DNA of 62,933 nucleotides, the filler included, from Octopus bimaculoides (lineage: Eukaryota): NCBI RefSeq assembly GCF_001194135.2. It is 7 parts of 7 records of this genome, joined end to end, with 100 filler letters (N's around TTAATTAATTAA, not from the genome) between each part and the next. Parts side by side here need not be neighbours in the genome. Positions count along the whole stretch, not along the records: positions 49,581 to 60,635 come from NC_069008.1; positions 60,736 to 62,933 come from NW_026398410.1; 5 more parts are not named here. One strand, 5' to 3'. Position 1 is the stretch's first letter; every line of letters begins with the position of its first letter. Made by a program: the position numbers and the translations under genes. The notes under the pieces were generated by a model, which had not been told where the DNA came from, ran no database searches, and saw only the letters and a list, made by a program, of their open reading frames with translations. Shown here one piece after another: positions 59,487 through 62,933 of the stretch.

Positions 59487-60635
59487 TTTTCATTTCATTT
59501 TTCATTTTATCTAGTTTCAGCTTATAAGCTGTGACCATGCTGGGGTACTGCCATTTGGTGTTGCTACATAATTTTACTTCAGGAATTGACATTTGGTGCA
59601 TGAGAGTTTGATGCAGCTGCCCTCATCTGCACCGCCTGCAGTGAAGTTGGTTCATCTGGGACACTTGACAGGAAGAGGTCCAGCTTTATTTTGAAGATAC
59701 CTACATCCACCCCATGCAGGTCTCTCAGGTCCTTCACGAGGATATTGAAGAGCTGTGGACCTCTGAAGCCCAGGCTATTGCAGTATCTTGTCCTACATCT
59801 TGATGGCAAATTTGGAGTCCTTGGCACTATGCAGTGGCATCCAGTTTTTTTATTTGTGTAACTTTCAATGCCAAAGTTTGGGTCAAGTCCTTTGAAGATC
59901 TTCCAGATGTATATTATGGCATATCTTTCTCGCCTACACTCTAAGGAATAGAGTCTTAATCTCTTGAGTCTTTCCCAATAGCTTATATACTGCATAGAGG
60001 CTATCTTCTTTGTGTAGCTTCATTGGATAGCCTCAAGTTCTGAGATTAATTTGACACTGGTTGGTGACCATAGCTGAGAGCAATAGTCAAAGTGGCTTAG
60101 AACAAGTGTCTTCCAGAGCACCATCATAGTTTCCTGATCTCTTGTTCTAAAAGTACTTAGAATCCATCCGGTCAGTCGCCTGCATTTCATTGACAATTTA
60201 GCAACATGCACATGAAAGGATGCATTATTACTCATGTAAATGCCCAGGTTTTGCATTGACTGCGCCTCTGGAATTGCAGTCCCTCCAGGTTCCGTGTATT
60301 TAATGGGTTCTGCATTTAGTCTTGCATGCTGATAGCATAAGGCTTGAAACTTTTCAGCATTAAACTGCATGTTATTCTTTTCAGCCCACTTGTATATTTC
60401 ATCCAGCTCACATTGCAGGTGCATAGAGTCTTCAGGGTTCTGTATTACCTGTGAGACTTTTGTATCATCTGCATAACTTGTGATTGTGGCTCTCTGTGTG
60501 GCTGAGGGCATGTCTGAGAGGGCCATTATGAACAGTAGTGGTCCCAAAACAGTGCCTTGCGGAACACCACTCACTATTTGCGTGTCATTGGAGGTGGCCC
60601 CATTGGCTACTACCACCTGACTTCTATCCTTCAGA
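59487..60635 (-). mobile_element. CR1-clade LINE 3' portion (RT, C-terminus, 3' UTR and tail)
   Basis: SGVPQGTVLGPLLF; YADDTK; WAEKNNMQFN; YWERLKRLRLYSLECRRERY; FKIKLDLFL..VPDEP; short 3' UTR with (ATGAAA)-like tail. Confidence 0.93.
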
Positions 60636-60735
60636 NNNNNNNNNNNNNNNNNNNNNNNNNNNNNNNNNNNNNNNNNNNNTTAATTAATTAANNNNNNNNN
60701 NNNNNNNNNNNNNNNNNNNNNNNNNNNNNNNNNNN
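60636..60735. other. Artificial contig-joining linker
   Basis: 44N + TTAATTAATTAA (60680-60691) + 44N. Confidence 0.92.
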
Positions 60736-60819
60736 GTGTGTATTTTTGTTCTTGTGGGTGGTATATGAAAACTGACAGGAGAGCGAATGCATTGAAATAG
60801 AAGGTGTATTAAAAAGGCA

Positions 60820-60864
<45 letters not shown>

Positions 60865-60874
60865 NNNNNNNNNN

Positions 60875-60912
<38 letters not shown>

Positions 60913-61105
60913 CAGAGAGACAGAGAGACAGACTGACAGAAAGAGATAGATAGATGGATAGATATATAGAGAGAAACAAATGAACGTCAATGAAAAAACA
61001 TGACAGAAATAATCACAATGGAAGTCATAGTTCGAGAAAGGACCAGAGAAAGAGAGAAAGAAAGAAGGAGTATGTGTGAGAGTGTGCGTGCCTGTGCATG
61101 TGTAT

Positions 61106-61138
<33 letters not shown>

Positions 61139-62933
61139 TTACAGAGGAAGAGGGTGCGAGAGGTTTGTTATGAAAGGGTAAGAAACAAAAGAGTATGTGA
61201 GAGCGAAAAGGAGAGGTTGTAGAGAGAAAAATAAATAAAAACAAAAACAAATTACGAGATGGAAAACAGGAATTATGAAAAGAAAAAAGAAACACTGAAA
61301 AGAAAAGGCAAGTGATGATGACGATGATGATGATTATGACGACGACGACGATGATGATGTTGAGGATGAGGATGATGATGATGATGGTGGTGATGATGAT
61401 GATGATGATGATCATGATGATGACTGGCGATGATGATCATGAGNNNNNNNNNNNNNNNNNNNNNNNNNNNNNNNNNNNNNNNNNNNNNNNNNNNNNNNNN
61501 NNNNNNNNNNNNNNNNNNNNNNNNNNNNNNNNNNNNNNNNNNNNNNNNNNNNNNNNNNNNNNNNNNNNNNNNNNNNNNNNNNNNNNNNNNNNNNNNNNNN
61601 NNNNNNNNNNNNNNNNNNNNNNNNNNNNNNNNNNNNNNNNNNNNNNNNNNNNNNNNNNNNNNNNNNNNNNNNNNNNNNNNNNNNNNNNNNNNNNNNNNNN
61701 NNNNNNNNNNNNNNNNNNNNNNNNNNNNNNNNNNNNNNNNNNNNNNNNNNNNNNNNNNNNNNNNNNNNNNNNNNNNNNNNNNNNNNNNNNNNNNNNNNNN
61801 NNNNNNNNNNNNNNNNNNNNNNNNNNNNNNNNNNNNNNNNNNNNNNNNNNNNNNNNNNNNNNNNNNNNNNNNNNNNNNNNNNNNNNNNNNNNNNNNNNNN
61901 NNNNNNNNNNNNNNNNNNNNNNNNNNNNNNNNNNNNNNNNNNNNNNNNNNNNNNNNNNNNNNNNNNNNNNNNNNNNNNNNNNNNNNNNNNNNNNNNNNNN
62001 NNNNNNNNNNNNNNNNNNNNNNNNNNNNNNNNNNNNNNNNNNNNNNNNNNNNNNNNNNNNNNNNNNNNNNNNNNNNNNNNNNNNNNNNNNNNNNNNNNNN
62101 NNNNNNNNNNNNNNNNNNNNNNNNNNNNNNNNNNNNNNNNNNNNNNNNNNNNNNNNNNNNNNNNNNNNNNNNNNNNNNNNNNNNNNNNNNNNNNNNNNNN
62201 GAGAGAGAGAGAGAGAGAGTAGGAGGGAGAGAGAAAGATGACGAGTGAGATAGACAGACAGATAGAAAGAATGGCTGCAGAATGAGGAGATGTATAATAA
62301 TTATAGAGAAATGAAAAATGAATTCCGTGCGATGAAGAGAAAAATAACAACACAGAAAAGGAAAGAAAAAAGACAGAAAAGAATATTCGCCCCCTCCAAA
62401 AAAAAAAAACAAGAAAACGAGGGAAAACAGAAGCTAAAGAAAACGAAAGCGAGGTTCATACTTAACAAGGTTTCATAACTAACTGATTGGCAACTGGAAT
62501 TAGACGAAGAAGAAAGAGTAAAAATAAGGAAGGAAAAAGAAAGAAAAAAAAAGATATAGCAAAAGTGAAGCAAAAGCAAAGAACAATGACAGCAACATGA
62601 ACTACAAGAACAATAACAACAACAACAATAAAGTAAAAGGAAATCAAAAGAATGCAAATAAAAATAAAAATGAACGAAATACAAAAATGAAGAGAGCAAG
62701 AGAAAAAAAAATAGGATAAAATAACGAGTGTAGAAAAAAGAAGCAAAAACGAAGCAAAACAAAATGGCGCTCATCATCAAAATATTTTCGATAAAAATAT
62801 GACATTTCTTTGTTGTTAGTATATCATCATCATCAAATGATAATAATAATAATAATAATGATAATAATAACAACAAGAACAACAGCAATAATGATAATAA
62901 TGATAACAATAATAACAATAACAACAATAATGA
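60736..62933. repeat. Purine-rich low-complexity and microsatellite segment (GA, GAT, AAT, AAC)
   Basis: Direct reading; no recognisable coding motif. Confidence 0.85.

Noticed and set aside
31768-62927. Long ORFs in the track spanning N runs or microsatellites (e.g. 38707-40023, 56412-57620, 61312-62241, 62301-62927)
   Set aside because: Open only because of Ns or low-complexity repeats; no domain content
1-62933. CRISPR array, rRNA or prokaryotic operon-type system
   Set aside because: No repeat-spacer arrays or such genes seen; sequence is intron-containing animal DNA

Overview
AT-rich, repeat-dense animal DNA. The SINE families and microsatellites look octopus/coleoid cephalopod; that assignment is inferred. 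The window is not one locus: six identical 100-bp spacers (44 N + TTAATTAATTAA + 44 N) join seven separate segments (1-3443, 3544-9617, 9718-30758, 30859-40345, 40446-49480, 49581-60635, 60736-62933). Host coding sequence: seven phase-compatible internal exons of IGBP1/alpha4 (TAP42 family, + strand, 13409-27717; 5' exons and last exon not found) and one exon of Golgi alpha-mannosidase II (- strand, 58648-58834). The rest is mobile DNA: at least five SINE types; RTE, R4/Dong-like, Tx1/L1-clade and CR1 LINE fragments; four divergent Tx1-type ORF1 (gag-like, CCHC) copies; a small LTR element with a tRNA-Trp primer site inserted in a Tx1 ORF2; head-to-tail Helitrons; a Naiad/Chlamys-like Penelope element; and hAT-type MITEs. 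Best leads: two SINE-LINE 3'-tail matches visible within the window (SINE with a Tx1-associated tail; SINE with a CR1 tail, including a base-pair swap in the terminal stem-loop) and a possible ORF1-only head-to-tail Tx1 array. SINE labels A-E are my working names and repeat boundaries are approximate. No database searches were run.
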